A stretch of 64,000 nucleotides of DNA from an uncultured Alphaproteobacteria bacterium (GCA_963707265.1 CAVPOZ010000004.1:1228577-1292576); one strand, 5' to 3'. Numbered from the stretch's first letter, positions 1 to 12,404 are shown. Notes: a model not told the origin generated them from the sequence alone. Numbers and translations are program-made.

Positions 1-1018
1 CATGACTTCATGAGTGCCTTGGGCGCCCCCAGGGTCCTGCTGACCCGTGCTCGTCGTGACGGCCGGTCGCCGACGGTCGCTTCGCGGCTTTGGCTCAGGC
101 TGCAGGCCATGACCGGTGGAGTGACCCGCGACCAGCGGCTTGAACGGTTAGCTGCCGCGCTGGACGCGGGCGGGACGGTTGAGCCAGCCGTGCGTCCTGC
201 GCCCCGGCCGCCCGGTGGAAGCGCGGCCCAAGTCAATCGCCGTCACCGATCTTGACCGTCTTAAGGCCGATCCCTTCGCCTTTTATGCCAAGGCGATCCT
301 TCGCCTCCGACCCGAGGAACCGGTCGATGCCGAACATCATGCCGCGTGGAAGGGCACCGCGGTCCACCAGGTGTTGGAGGCCTGGTTCAAGGAAGATGGC
401 TGCGACCCCTCAAAGCTTGCCGCGCGGGCCAGGGAGATGATCGGTGACGAGGCAATCCACCCGATGCTTCGCGCCTTGTGGTCGCCGCGATTGATGGAGG
501 CAATCGAATGGATTGCGGGAGAGGCAGCCAAAGACCGTGAAGCCGGACGCCGGCCGATCGTGGCCGAGGAATTCGGCGAGGCGGAGATTGCCGGGATCAA
601 ACTCTATGGCAAGGTCGACCGGATCGACCAGCTTCCCGACGGAAAGCTCGCCATTGTCGATTACAAGACGGGTCAGGCGCCGGCCAAGAAGGCCGTCGAA
701 GAGGGCTTCGCGCTTCAGCTCGGCCTCTTGTCGCTGATCGCCCGCGACGGCGGCTTCGGTGGAATCAAGGGCGTTTCTGCGGCCCATGAATATTGGTCGC
801 TGGCGAAAAAGAACGGCCGGATCGGATATCGCTGGTCGCCTGACGGGGATGAAGGACCGGAAGCGTTTGTGGCGCATGCCTACGCCCATTTCGCGGAGGC
901 TGCGCAAAAATGGCTGCTTGGGAGCGAGCCGTTCCAAGCCAAGTTAAACCCGGCTCATGCGCCCTATGAAGATTATGACCAGCTGATGCGGCTGGAGGAG
1001 TGGTACGGCCGTGACTAA
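1..1018 (+). CDS. addB: Double-strand break repair protein AddB (5' truncated by window edge, one indel near 220)
   Basis: C-terminal PD-(D/E)XK nuclease (GKVDRID..IVDYKTG..QL), DPFAFYA motif, ends YDQLMRLEEW; lies upstream of addA-trxA. Confidence 0.9.
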
Positions 1019-1019
1019 G

Positions 1020-1172
1020 CTAGTCGGTACTGTCGACCTTCTGGCCGCCGCGCTTCGGCTTTTTGATCTTGGAGGCATAGAGCAGCGCTGCGACAATCGC
1101 GGCCGATCCGATCCCGACGGCGACGCCGGCCTTTACCAGTTTCGTCCGTCGCTCATTGTCGCTGTCGCTCAT
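1020..1172 (-). CDS. Small 50-aa single-TM membrane protein (not in ORF track)
   Basis: Manual translation MSDSDNERRTKLVKAGVAVGIGSAAIVAALLYASKIKKPKRGGQKVDSTD*; GAGAGGA RBS just upstream of ATG; hydrophobic stretch followed by basic tail. Confidence 0.75.
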   Translation of the reverse strand: MSDSDNERRTKLVKAGVAVGIGSAAIVAALLYASKIKKPKRGGQKVDSTD

Positions 1173-1243
1173 TCGATCCTCTCACTGAATTACAACGTTC
1201 GTTCCTATTCGGAACGGCGTGAATTGGAAAGTGGCGGGGCGTT

Positions 1244-4200
1244 ATGCGTCGCCGCCTGAAGCCTTTTCATCCGCTCGAAGGCGCGCAGGCTGCGGCCTCC
1301 GACCCTCTCGTCCATGCGGCGCTGTCGGCGTCGGCCGGTACCGGCAAGACCCATGTATTGACGTCGCGGGTATTGCGCCTGCTGCTTCGCGGGACGGCAC
1401 CATCGTCAATCCTGTGCCTGACCTTCACGAAGGCCGGAGCCGCGGAGATGGCCAACCGTATCGGCGAGCGACTGGCCTATTGGGTGCGGTTGCCGGAGGC
1501 AGACCTCGGCCTCGAGCTTAAGCATCTCTGCGAAGATTATGATCCGACGATGCGCGAACGCGCGCGTCGACTGTTTGCGGAGGTGCTCGAAGCGCGCGGG
1601 GGCGGGCTGCGGATTCAGACAATCCATAGTTTCGCCCAAACCCTGCTGGCTTCCTTCCCGACCGAGGCGGGCATCGTGCCCGGCTTCCGGCCGATCGAGG
1701 GACGTGCCGAAACGGAGCTGGCGCGACGAACGCTGGCGTCCCTCCTGGAGACGGCTGAGGCAGAAGGAGACGAGCGGCTGATCGGCGATGTCTCTGAGCT
1801 CAGCCTTCGCCTGGGAGAGACCGGCGCCGAACGTTATATGATGGACTGTGCGGCCGCGCACGAGGCGATGGAAGAGCTGGGCGATCCTTCGACGATCGAG
1901 GCCAGGCTGTTTGCGTTGATTGGCATCGAAGGCCGCGACCCCGATGTCGAAATTGCCGCCCTTTTAAGCGATGAGTCGATCGACCTCGCTTTGTTCGAGC
2001 GGCTGATCGCAGCCAATCGATCCTGGGGCACGACGACCGGCGACAAGATCGTAGCCAATCTTACGGCCTTCCTGGCCACTCCAGCGGCCTGGCGGGCGGC
2101 CAGGCTGGCGGACATCGGGTCGGGCCTGGTGACCGGCAAGGGAGAACCCTGCAAGACCAAGGCGAAGCAGCTCGCTGCCGATCCCGACTATGAGTTATTG
2201 GTTGCGGAGTTTGCCGAGTGGCTCATTGGCGTTCGAACGTTAATCAGCGCTTCCAAGCTGGCCAGAATCCAGGCAGCGGGACTGCGAGCTGGCCAGGCCT
2301 TCGCCCGCGCCTATGTCCGGGCCAAGCGCGCCGCTGGTGTTGCGGACTTCGACGATTTGATTGCCTGGACCCGGCGCCTGTTCGATCAACCCGGCATGGG
2401 CGAATGGGTGCGCTACAAGCTCGACCAGCGAACCGATCATATCCTGGTCGACGAGGCGCAGGACACCAATGCCGACCAATGGGCGATCGTCGATGCGCTG
2501 GCCGCCGAATTCTTCTCTGGCAATCCCGAGGCGGAGGATCGTTGGCGGACCCTGTTCATGGTCGGCGATTACAAGCAGGCGATCTTCGGCTTCCAGGGCA
2601 CCAATCCCAAGGAATATGAGCAATTCCGGGCCACTATCGCGTCGCGCGCTGAAGCGTTGCTCGTTGCCGCCGATGAGACGGAAGAGCGGGTGCGTGCATT
2701 CCGGGACCTGTCGATCGATGCAAGCTTCCGCTCCTCACCGCCTGTTCTGGAAGTGGTCGATGCGCTGATCGCCGAGGTTGGTCACCAGGCAATGGGGCTG
2801 GGCGCAGCGCCCAATCCCCACCAACCCCATTTCGCAAGCCGCCCCGGCCGGGTCGAATTATGGCCGGCGTTTGAGCCGCAAATCGACAGGAGGAAGCCGA
2901 CGAGGGCGAAGAGGGATGGATCGACGAGCCGACCCGCCTTTATGCCGATGCCATTGCACGGCAGGTCAAGCGTTGGCTTGCCGAAGCGCCGGTCATGGCC
3001 ACAACCGGGCGCCCTTTGGTTCCCGGCGATATTCTCATCCTTGTTCGAAGCCGGACCGAGCTGGCTTCGCTGATCGTCGCCCGGCTCTATGCACATCGAA
3101 TTCCGGTCGCTGGGATCGACCGGCTGCATCTGCACAAGCCGCTGGCGGTCAAGGATTTGCTGGCCGCGGTCGGTTTCGCTGTGCAGCCGCTCGACGATCT
3201 GAACCTCGCAAACCTGCTGGTTTCGCCGTTGATCGGATGGAGCCAGGATCAGCTTTACGGGCTCGCTTACGGCCGCAAAGGCAAGCTCTGGACCGAGCTG
3301 GCGTCTCGCCGTGGCGAACAGGCCGCATCTTGAGGAGGCGCATGCAATCCTCGGCAGCTGGCTGGCGATGGCCGATTATGTGACCCCGGCGCGATTTCTG
3401 GAAACGATCCTGTCAGGGCCGCTCGACAGGCCGACGAAAGCTATTGAAGCGATTGGGCGAAGCGGCGCGCGACCCGATCGAGGAACTGGTCGCCAGCGCC
3501 TTGGCATTCGAGCAGGAAGAGATCGCGTCACTCGACCGCTTTCTCGCCTGGTTCGGCCAAGGCGAGGTGGAGGTGAAACGCGACCCTTCGGCACCGTCCA
3601 ATGCGGTCCGGGTGATGACTGTGCATGGGGCCAAGGGCCTTGAAGCGCCGCTGGTGCTGCTGGCCGATGCCACCCATGATCCGGATAAAGTCGGCGGCCC
3701 CTCATCGACCTTCGAAGTGTCGTTGCCGGGAGCAGGCGCCATCCCGATGATCAGACCGCGCAAGGACGAATGCGCACCGATCTTTCGTACCCTGATCGAC
3801 GCGACCAAGGCAGCGGGTCAGGAGGAGCATTGGAGGCTGGCATATGTCGGCCTGACCCGAGCGGCCGAGCGGCTCGTGATCGCGGGCGTCAAGCCGAAGC
3901 GGGACGTAGCCCAGATGAGCTGGCACTCCGCGGTTGGTCGGGCGATGCAAACGCTCGGAGCGGCCCCGGTCGAGGTCGAATGAATGGGGTTCCGCCTTGG
4001 TCTGGGAGGGCGAAGGCAGGACCTCTTCCCCGAGCAAGGCCGGCAAGGCACCGCTGGAGCCGATCGTCCTGCCCGACTGGTTGCTTCAGCCAGCTCCTCC
4101 CGAGGCCCGGCCGCCGCGGCCATTGGCGCCCTCGCAGATTGTCGAGGATCGCGATGCCGCGCCGCCACCGGGTCCGGAGATGCGTGAGGCCGCCCGTCGC

Positions 4201-4654
4201 GGTACTTTGCTCCATTCGCTTTTCGAACGCTTGCCGGGGGTCACGGCGGGCGATCGCCGCTTACTTGCACTTCGCTGGCTCGAACGGGCTGGGATCGAGG
4301 AACAGGCACGACAGGAAATCGCCGATGCCGCCTGTTCGTTGATCGAGGATCCGGCCTTTGCGGATCTGTTTGGTCCCGACGCGCTGGCCGAGGCACCAAT
4401 TGCCGCCACCTTGCCGGATGGCCGCGTGGTTGCAGGAACGGTCGATCGGCTATGTATCGGTCAAGAATTGGTGCGGGTGATCGACTTCAAGACTGGACGC
4501 GGAGTCCCCGCCGATCTTGGCGGAATACCATCCACCCATCGGGCACAAATGGACGCTTATGCCGAGGCCCTGAGAGTAATTTTTCCCGGGCGCCGGGTTC
4601 GAGGCATCGTTGCTTTATACATCCGGCCCGAGCCTTATCACGCTGCCCGGTTGA
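1244..4654 (+). CDS. addA: Double-strand break repair helicase/nuclease AddA (several indels)
   Basis: ASAGTGKT Walker A, LTFTKAGAAEM, LVDEAQDT, VGDYKQAIF, MTVHGAKGLE, YVGLTRA and C-terminal VDRL..IDFKTG, spread over ORFs 1244, 2995, 3444, 3934. Confidence 0.93.
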
Positions 4655-4678
4655 GCCGCGGGAAACCAACCCCCATAT
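4651..4678 (+). promoter_or_regulatory. Putative RpoH (sigma32) promoter of trxA
   Basis: TTGAGC-N14-CCCCATAT, about 30 nt upstream of trxA ATG. Confidence 0.6.
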
Positions 4679-4710
4679 GGGGAGTAAGCTGAACACGAAG
4701 GAGTCCTTGT

Positions 4711-5043
4711 ATGGGCCAGAATACCAAGACCGTCACCGATCAGAGCTTCCAGGCCGATGTGCTGGGCTCGGATAAGCCCGTCCTCGTCGATTTCTGGGCG
4801 GAATGGTGCGGTCCGTGCCGGATGATTGCGCCGGCGCTTGAGGAGATCGCGGCCGAGCTTGGCGACAAGGTTACTGTCGCGAAGATCAACATCGATGAAA
4901 ATCCCGATACGCCGGGCAAATATGGCGTTCGCGGAATCCCAACCATGCTGCTTTTCAAAAATGGCGAAGCGGTTGCCCAAAAGGTTGGTGCCGCGCCGCG
5001 CAGCAACATCCAGCAGTGGCTGGAAGGCGAATTGGCTTCCTAA
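4711..5043 (+). CDS. trxA: Thioredoxin
   Basis: [13 protein letters not shown] motif, 110 aa. Confidence 0.97.
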   Translation: MGQNTKTVTDQSFQADVLGSDKPVLVDFWAEWCGPCRMIAPALEEIAAELGDKVTVAKINIDENPDTPGKYGVRGIPTMLLFKNGEAVAQKVGAAPRSNIQQWLEGELAS

Positions 5044-5072
5044 GCCTTCCACCGAAGTTAAACTGAATCGGC

Positions 5073-5117
5073 GGCCCCGCCCGGTCAATTGACTAGGGCG
5101 GGGCCTCTCCCTACATC
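5073..5117 (+). promoter_or_regulatory. Inverted repeat overlapping a putative secA promoter
   Basis: GGCCCCGCCC-G-GTCAATTGAC-TA-GGGCGGGGCC palindrome; TTGACT-N17-TACATC at 5089-5117. Confidence 0.5.
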
Positions 5118-5196
5118 GCGCCGCAGCATCGTCCGCACGCGGGCGACCCTTCGTGCTGCCCTCGCGCATCCGGTTTATTGAGGAATTTTTCGCCAC

Positions 5197-7951
5197 ATGC
5201 TCGCCTCCCTGGCCAAAAGCATCTTCGGTTCGGCCAACGACCGCTACGTTCGCTCGCTCGGACGATTCGTCGACACCATCAATGGCTTCGAGCCGACCAT
5301 TTCGGCGATGACCGATGATGAGTTGCGCGGTCAGACTGAGCTGTTCCGGCAGCGACTGGCCGATGGCGCCAAGCTTGATGACCTGCTTCCTGAAGCGTTC
5401 GCAACGGTCCGCGAGGCCGCGAAGCGTACCCTCGGCCAGCGTCATTACGATGTGCAGATGATCGGCGGTATCGCCCTTCATCGGGGCGAGATCGCGGAAA
5501 TGCGGACCGGCGAAGGCAAGACGCTGGTGGCGACGCTGGCGACCTATTTGAACGCGCTTCCGGGCAAGGGCGTCCACGTCGTTACCGTCAACGATTATCT
5601 CGCCCGGCGCGATGCGGAGTGGATGGGACAGATCTACCGCTTCCTCGGCCTGACCGTCGGCGTGATTGTGCCCAATCTTTCGGATTTCGAACGGCGCGAG
5701 GCCTACCAGGCCGATATCACCTACGCGACGAACAACGAGCTTGGCTTCGATTACCTCCGCGACAATATGAAATATTCGCGCGACCATATGGTCCAGCGGC
5801 CGTTCAATTACGCGATCGTCGATGAAGTTGACTCGATCCTGATCGACGAGGCGCGCACGCCGTTGATTATTTCCGGTCCTACCGACGACAAGTCCGAACT
5901 TTACATGGGCGTCGACGCCATCGTGAAACAGTTCGTCGAAGGCGATTACGAGAAGGACGAGAAGCAGAAGAGCATCGTCCTCACTGAAGAGGGTACGGAA
6001 AAGGCCGAGCGAATGCTCGAGACCGCGGGCCTGATCGAAGGCCAGAACCTTTACGACATCGCCAATACTCAGGTGGTTCATCACCTGAACCAGGCCCTCA
6101 AGGCCAACAAGATGTTCAAGCGGGACATCGACTATATCGAGAAGGACGGGAAGATCGTCATCATCGACGAATTCACCGGACGAATGATGGATGGCCGCCG
6201 CTGGTCGGATGGCCTTCACCAGGCGGTTGAAGCCAAAGAGGGAGTCCAGATCGAGCCCGAGAACCAGACGTTGGCTTCGATCACCTTCCAGAATTATTTC
6301 CGCATGTATCCCAAGCTGGCTGGCATGACCGGCACGGCTGCCACCGAGGCTCCGGAATTCTTCGACATCTACCGGATGAACGTGGTCTCGATCCCGACCA
6401 ACGTGGCGGTCCAGCGGATCGACGAGGACGATGAATTCTACAAGAATATCACCGACAAGTTCGGCGCGATCGCCAAGGAAATCCGTGCCCGGCAGGAAAA
6501 GGGGCAGCCGGTCCTGGTCGGCACCGTGTCGATCGAAAAGTCGGAGATGCTCAGCGAATTTCTCAACAAAGAGAATATCCAGCATTCGGTCCTGAACGCA
6601 CGCTTTCACGAGAGCGAAGCGCACATTGTCGCCCAGGCCGGCCGGATCGGCATGGTGACGATCGCCACCAACATGGCCGGCCGCGGCACCGACATTAAGC
6701 TTGGCGGCAATATCGACTTCCGTGTCGAAGACGAGCTGAAGGATGTTCCCGAAGGGCCCGAGCGGGACGCTGCGATCGCAAAGATAGAGGCCGAGATCGA
6801 AGCGGAAAAGCAGAAGGTGCTGGAAGCTGGCGGACTGTTCGTGCTTGGCACGGAGCGTCACGAGAGCCGCCGCATCGACAATCAGCTGCGTGGACGTTCG
6901 GGACGCCAGGGCGATCCCGGTCTGTCGCGCTTCTATCTGAGCCTCGACGATGATCTTTTGCGCATCTTCGGGCCGCAAACCGCCTTTGCCCGGCTGATGA
7001 ACAAGAACCTTGAGGACGGGGAGGCGATCGTCTCTCCCTGGATTTCGAAGGCGATCGAGACGGCGCAGAAAAAGGTCGAGGCGCGCAACTATGATATCCG
7101 CAAGCAGGTCGTCGAATTCGACGACGTCATGAATGACCAGCGCAAGGTAATTTACGAGCAGCGCGCCGAGATCATGGACGCCGACCACGTCAGCGACGTG
7201 GTCGAGGATTTCCGCGCCGAGACCATCGCTTCGCTGGTCGCAACTCATTGCCCACCGGGCACTTATCCCGAGCAGTGGGATGTCGAGGGTCTTAAGGATA
7301 GCATTGACTCGGTGCTCGGCCTTCAGCCGCCGGTTGACGAATGGCTGGCCGAGGAAGCGGTCGAGCAGGATATCGTCATCGAGCGCCTGCAGGAGATGGC
7401 GAACGCCAAAATGCTGGCCAAGACCGAAGCTGGTCTCGCGGGAGCAATGGGTCGATGTCGAGAAGAGCTTGCTCATCCAGACGCTCGACCATCATTGGAA
7501 AGAGCATCTGGCAACGCTCGACGCGCTTCGTGCCGTCATCCACCTGCGCAGCTATGCGCAGAAGAAGCCGATCGACGAGTATAAGCAGGAAGCCTTCCTG
7601 CTGTTCGAGCGGCTGCTGGTGGAGATCCGCGAGGACGTAACCCGCATGCTGCTCCGGGCTCAGGTCCAGTTCGACGAGCCTGCGCCAATGCCGATGATGC
7701 CAACGGGCGCGTCAGTGCTGCCGGAGTTCATCACCCATCACATTGATCCGCTGTCGGGCGATGACGATACCGCCGACTTTGATGCAGGTGGTTCGCTGCT
7801 TTCCGGCTTGCCGCCAATGCAGGCGCCGCGGCCGGCATTGCCGGAGCAGACTGCCGAGGGCGAAACCATCGTTGCCCCGGCCAGCCGCAACGCCCCATGT
7901 CCTTGCGGCTCGGGACAGAAATACAAGCATTGCCACGGACAATCGGCCTGA
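5197..7951 (+). CDS. secA: Preprotein translocase SecA (indel near 7435)
   Basis: [38 protein letters not shown]-terminal [13 protein letters not shown] zinc finger. Confidence 0.97.
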
Positions 7952-7954
7952 CTG

Positions 7955-9082
7955 TCAAACGTCGGCGCGGACCCTTAGCGTGTGCCGACGCAGCCATTGC
8001 TGAACTGGGAGTTCGAATGTGCGGTAACTGACCGCAGCGACGCCCAGAGTAACGCCCAGATAGGCGAACAGGAAGGTCGGACTGGTCAGCGGCAAAGACA
8101 CGCCCGCTGAAGCGACGAAAAGGGCCAGCATTAGTTGTAGCGGGAAATGTAGCAAATAGCTGGAGTAGGTGAGGTTTCCCGCAAACTGGATGGGGCGCTG
8201 CCACCGATCGAGGCCAGCCCATCCGCGAGACACCAGCATGAGCAGGCACGGGACCGCCAGCAGCAGGATGGTTGGCAATTTGCCTCGATCGCCCAGGACA
8301 CCCATTATTGCGCATCCGCCAATCAGCATGGCTAGCACCAAACCGGCTTGTCGCCGCCATTTCACTGGTGCCATTGCCGCGAGCCCGCCCGCAAAGAAGT
8401 AGGTCGCGCACGCGATGGAAACCCAGTTCAGACCCGCCAACTGAGCAAACAGCCCCACAACAATAACGATCATGCAAAGCCGGGTTGTTGGCGCAAACCA
8501 ACGCAATAGTAGAAAGAAGCCAGCATAAACCGCGACTTCGGCCGAAATAGACCAGATGGGCCCGTTGAAGCTGAATGGCGCCGGTTCACCCCAGTCGGTC
8601 GCCAGGAAGATCTGGCGAATGAGCATTGCCGGATCGCTTGAGGGATAGACGAAATTTTGCCCCGCGACCTGACGATAAGCCGCCTGCAAGCCGACAACGG
8701 CGATCAACGTGACGATATGGAGGGGGTAAAGCCGCGAAAATCGCAGCCAAAAGAAGTCACGAGCAGCAGTTGCGCCCGATGCGATAGCGGCACCATATTT
8801 CCAAAAGAAAATGTAGCCGCTGATCCCCCAGAAAATTTGCACGCCATATTGCCCGTAATCATAGAGCGGCCAAAGCACAGCGTAGAATGGCCATGCGGTT
8901 CGTTCGAACGCTGACGTTCCTTCGACCTGCATAAAATGAGTATAGTGGAAGAAGAGCACCGCCAGCGCTGATCCAAAACGCAGCAGCTCAAGCCCAAGCA
9001 ATTTTTCAGCTTCGGCGTGAGGGCGTTCGATGCGCTGGAGCGGAGCGCTTTCCTCTATATCGAGCGGTCGGGCATATCCCAT
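7955..9082 (-). CDS. Acyltransferase family 3 (OafA-like) membrane protein
   Basis: LELLR..H, VQIFWGISGY, RFSRLYPLH, WSISAE, GNLTYSSYLLHFP, SYRTFELP; many TM segments. Confidence 0.85.
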   Translation of the reverse strand: MGYARPLDIEESAPLQRIERPHAEAEKLLGLELLRFGSALAVLFFHYTHFMQVEGTSAFERTAWPFYAVLWPLYDYGQYGVQIFWGISGYIFFWKYGAAIASGATAARDFFWLRFSRLYPLHIVTLIAVVGLQAAYRQVAGQNFVYPSSDPAMLIRQIFLATDWGEPAPFSFNGPIWSISAEVAVYAGFFLLLRWFAPTTRLCMIVIVVGLFAQLAGLNWVSIACATYFFAGGLAAMAPVKWRRQAGLVLAMLIGGCAIMGVLGDRGKLPTILLLAVPCLLMLVSRGWAGLDRWQRPIQFAGNLTYSSYLLHFPLQLMLALFVASAGVSLPLTSPTFLFAYLGVTLGVAAVSYRTFELPVQQWLRRHTLRVRADV

Positions 9083-9192
9083 TCGCTGCGCACTACGTGA
9101 AAATGGTTACCGAAAGCCCATAATTGCCTGCTGGTAAGCGGAGCCTGTAACGCCTATTTCGCCGCGCAAACGAGTTTCCCGGAAAGACCCAG

Positions 9193-12100
9193 ATGATCGA
9201 CCGTACCGCGCTTCGACTTGCCTATCGCCCTGACGAAAATGAAGTGGTGCACGAACGGCTTGCTCAGGCGAAGCTCGGCCCGGCGCAGCAGGCCGAGGCC
9301 AACGCGATGGCCCGGACGTTGGTCAAAGCTGTGAGGGCCCATCAGGCAGCAGGGCTGGACGCATTCCTGCAGGCCTATGACCTTGGGTCGGACGAAGGCA
9401 TCGCCCTCATGTGTCTCGCCGAGGCACTGTTGCGCATTCCCGACGCTGAGACAGCCGATGACTTGATCGCAGACAAATTATCCGGCCCGGATTGGGCGGA
9501 AAAGCTGGGCGACAGTCGTTCGACCTTCGTCAATGCAGCGACCTTCTCGCTACTTCTGACCGGGAAGGTGCTGGAGGAGGCCAACGACAAATCCGACAAG
9601 CTGGCGTGCGGCACTGGGTCGGGCGGTCGGTCGGCTCGGGGAGCCGGTGATCAGAACCGCGGTCAGCCAGGCCATGAAGATCCTCGGCCGCCAGTTCGTC
9701 TTCGGGCGGACGATCGATGAAGCGCTGAAGCGCGCGGCACCCGAACAGGCAAAGGGATGGAGCCACAGCTTCGACATGCTGGGCGAGGCTGCCAAGACGC
9801 ATGCCGACGCGGCGCGCTATGCCCGTGCATATGCCGATGCGCTCGATACGATCGCGGCGTCCGCAAAGGGCGGTTTTCGGAGATCGGCGGGAATTTCGGT
9901 CAAATTGTCTGCGCTTCATCCGCGCTATGAGTGGAGCCATGCGGACGAAGCCAAGGCGGCGGTCCTGCCGGTATTGCGCGACCTCGCGCTCAAAGCGTCC
10001 AAGGCCGACGTCCATTTCACCATCGACGCCGAAGAGGCTGACCGGCTGGAATTGTCGATGGATATCATCGAGGAACTGGCCGCGGACAATGCGTTGTTTG
10101 CCAACGGCTGGGGCGGTTTCGGTCTTGCGTTGCAGGCCTATTCGAAACGAGCAGTCCCATTGGTCGATTGGACGATCGAGCTTGCTCGCAAGCACCAGCG
10201 CAAGCTGATGGTACGCCTGGTCAAGGGCGCCTATTGGGACAGCGAAATCAAGGTCGCCCAGGTCGCGGGTCTCGCCGACTATCCCGTGTTCACCCGCAAG
10301 GTGGCGACCGATGTCAGCTACCTTGCATGCGCGAAGCGCCTGCTCGCTGCAGACGATTGCATCTACCCCGCCTTCGCCACCCACAATGCCAATACGATCG
10401 GGGCGGTGAAAGCCTTGGCCGGCAAGACTCCATTCGAGTTCCAGCGGCTTCATGGCATGGGCGAGGGTCTTTACGAGGAACTGGCCGAGCTGGAACGCGG
10501 CATCGGTGACGAACCGACGCCGGTGCGCATCTACGCGCCGGTCGGAAGCCACAAGGAACTGCTCGCCTATCTCGTCCGCCGGCTGCTCGAAAACGGCGCC
10601 AATTCGAGCTTCGTCAACCGCATCGCCGATGACGAGATTCCGGTCGACGACCTGGTTCGCGACCCTGTCGCCGAGCTTGAAAAGCTCCAGCCCAAACGCA
10701 ACCCCGCGATCCCACTGCCCAATGCGATTTTCGGCGAAGATCGAATCAACAGTGCCGGTGTCGACCTAAGCGATCCGCTGGTTCGCGAACCGCTGATGAA
10801 GAAGCTGGCCAAGCTGGAGGGGAAACATTGGTCGGCGGCCCCAACGGGTGGAGGCAAGGGGCGAGAAGGTGTCAGATCGTCGCTCCGTACGATACCTCGC
10901 TGGTCGTCGGCGACGCCATTTGGGCAAGCGAAGCCGACGTCGATCGCATGGTGCAGTCGGCCCATGCCGCCCAGATTGCCTGGGACCAGCTTGGCGGTTG
11001 GGAGCGGGCGAGGCTGCTCAACCGTGCCGCCGACCTGTTCGAGCAGCATCGCGAGGAGCTTTTCTCGCTTTGCGTTCGTGAAGCAGGGAAGACCGTTCCC
11101 GATGCCGTGCTGGAAGTGCGCGAGGCGGTCGACTTCCTTCGCTATTACGCCAGCGAGGCGCGCCGCCTGTGCGGCAATGTCACCGCTCTACCCGGGCCGA
11201 CCGGCGAACTGAATGAGCTCCGTCTCCATGGGCGCGGCGTGTTTGCCTGCATTTCACCCTGGAATTTCCCGCTGGCAATCTTCATCGGGCCGGTCGCGGC
11301 GGCACTCGCGGCAGGCAATGCCGCCATCGCCAAGCCGGCCGAGCAGACGCCGCTGATCGGCGCCCGCGCAATTGAGCTGATGCACGCAGCCGGGATTCCC
11401 AAGGCGATCGTCCAGCTGGCGCCGGGCGATGGCACGCGTCGGCGCGGCGCTGACCGGTCACCCACTGATTGCCGGCGTCGCTTTCACTGGCTCGACCGAT
11501 ACTGCAAAGGCGATCAATCGCGGCCTCGCCGCCCGCGACGGACCGATCGTCCCGCTGATCGCCGAAACCGGCGGACAGAATGCGATGATCGTCGATTCAT
11601 CGGCGCTGCCTGAGCAGGTCACTCGCGACGTGGTCGCCTCTGCCTTCCAGAGCGCCGGCCAGCGCTGCTCGGCGCTTCGCGTGTTGTTCGTCCAGGATGA
11701 TGTCGCGGATTCGATGCTGCAAATGATCGCCGGGGCGATGGAAGCGCTGACCGTCGGCGACCCGAGCGATCTCACCACCGATGTCGGCCCCGTGATCGAC
11801 GTCGAGGCCAAGGCTGCGCTCGACTGCCCATCTCGCCGAATTGAAGTCCAAGGGCCGGCTGCTGGCGGAAATCGAGCTACCGGATGCACACGGCGCGCGG
11901 CCATTTCGTCACTCCCGCGATGTATGAGATCAAAAGCCTGAAGGAGCTGGACCGCGAGCATTTCGGTCCGATCCTGCATGTTATCCGCTGGAAGTCGGGT
12001 GAGCTCGACAAGGTGATCCAGGCGATCAACGCGACTGGCTACGGCCTGACATTGGGTCTTCAGAGCCGGATCGATACCACTCGCCTATATGTCGAGGCGA

Positions 12101-12309
12101 ACGCCCGGGTCGGGAACCTCTACGTCAACCGCAACCAGATCGGCGCGGTGGTCGAAAGCCAGCCGTTCGGCGGGGAGGGATTGTCAGGCACTGGTCCAAA
12201 GGCCGGCGGACCCCATTACGTCGCTCGTTTTGCCACCGAGCGAGTGACTTGCATCGACACGACCGCTGCCGGTGGCAATGCATCGCTGATGGCGGCGATC
12301 GAGGGATAA
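9193..12309 (+). CDS. putA: Bifunctional proline dehydrogenase / P5C dehydrogenase PutA (several indels)
   Basis: EGIALMCLAEALLRIPD, SFDMLGE, VRLVKGAYWD, RRLLENGANSSF, ISPWNFP, AETGG, SAGQRCSA, QPFGGEGLSGTGPKAGG. Confidence 0.95.
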
Positions 12310-12311
12310 CG

Positions 12312-12404
12312 CGTCATCCTGAACTTGATTCAGGATCCATGAACGCGGCGATGCATAACGGCCCACGGCTGTGTTCATGGATTCCAGCCTTCGCTGGAAT
12401 GACG
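12312..12404. repeat. Inverted pair of CGTC-type REP elements after putA (may also act as terminator)
   Basis: CGTCATCCTGAACTTGATTCAGGATCCA (12312-12339) and inverted CGTCATTCCAGCGAAGGCTGGAATCCA (12378-12404); inner arms also complementary. Confidence 0.75.

Noticed and set aside
1197-1215. Possible LexA box upstream of addA
   Set aside because: GTTC repeats are present but do not fit the alphaproteobacterial GTTC-N7-GTTC spacing.
1011-1259. Plus-strand 82-aa ORF between addB and addA
   Set aside because: No recognisable features. The antisense 50-aa ORF has a good RBS and a TM helix and explains the region better.
4615-7476. 953-aa antisense ORF over secA (and similar shadow ORFs over gyrA, carB and the DUF1254 gene)
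   Set aside because: Typical high-GC antisense shadows of codon-biased genes; no independent motifs.
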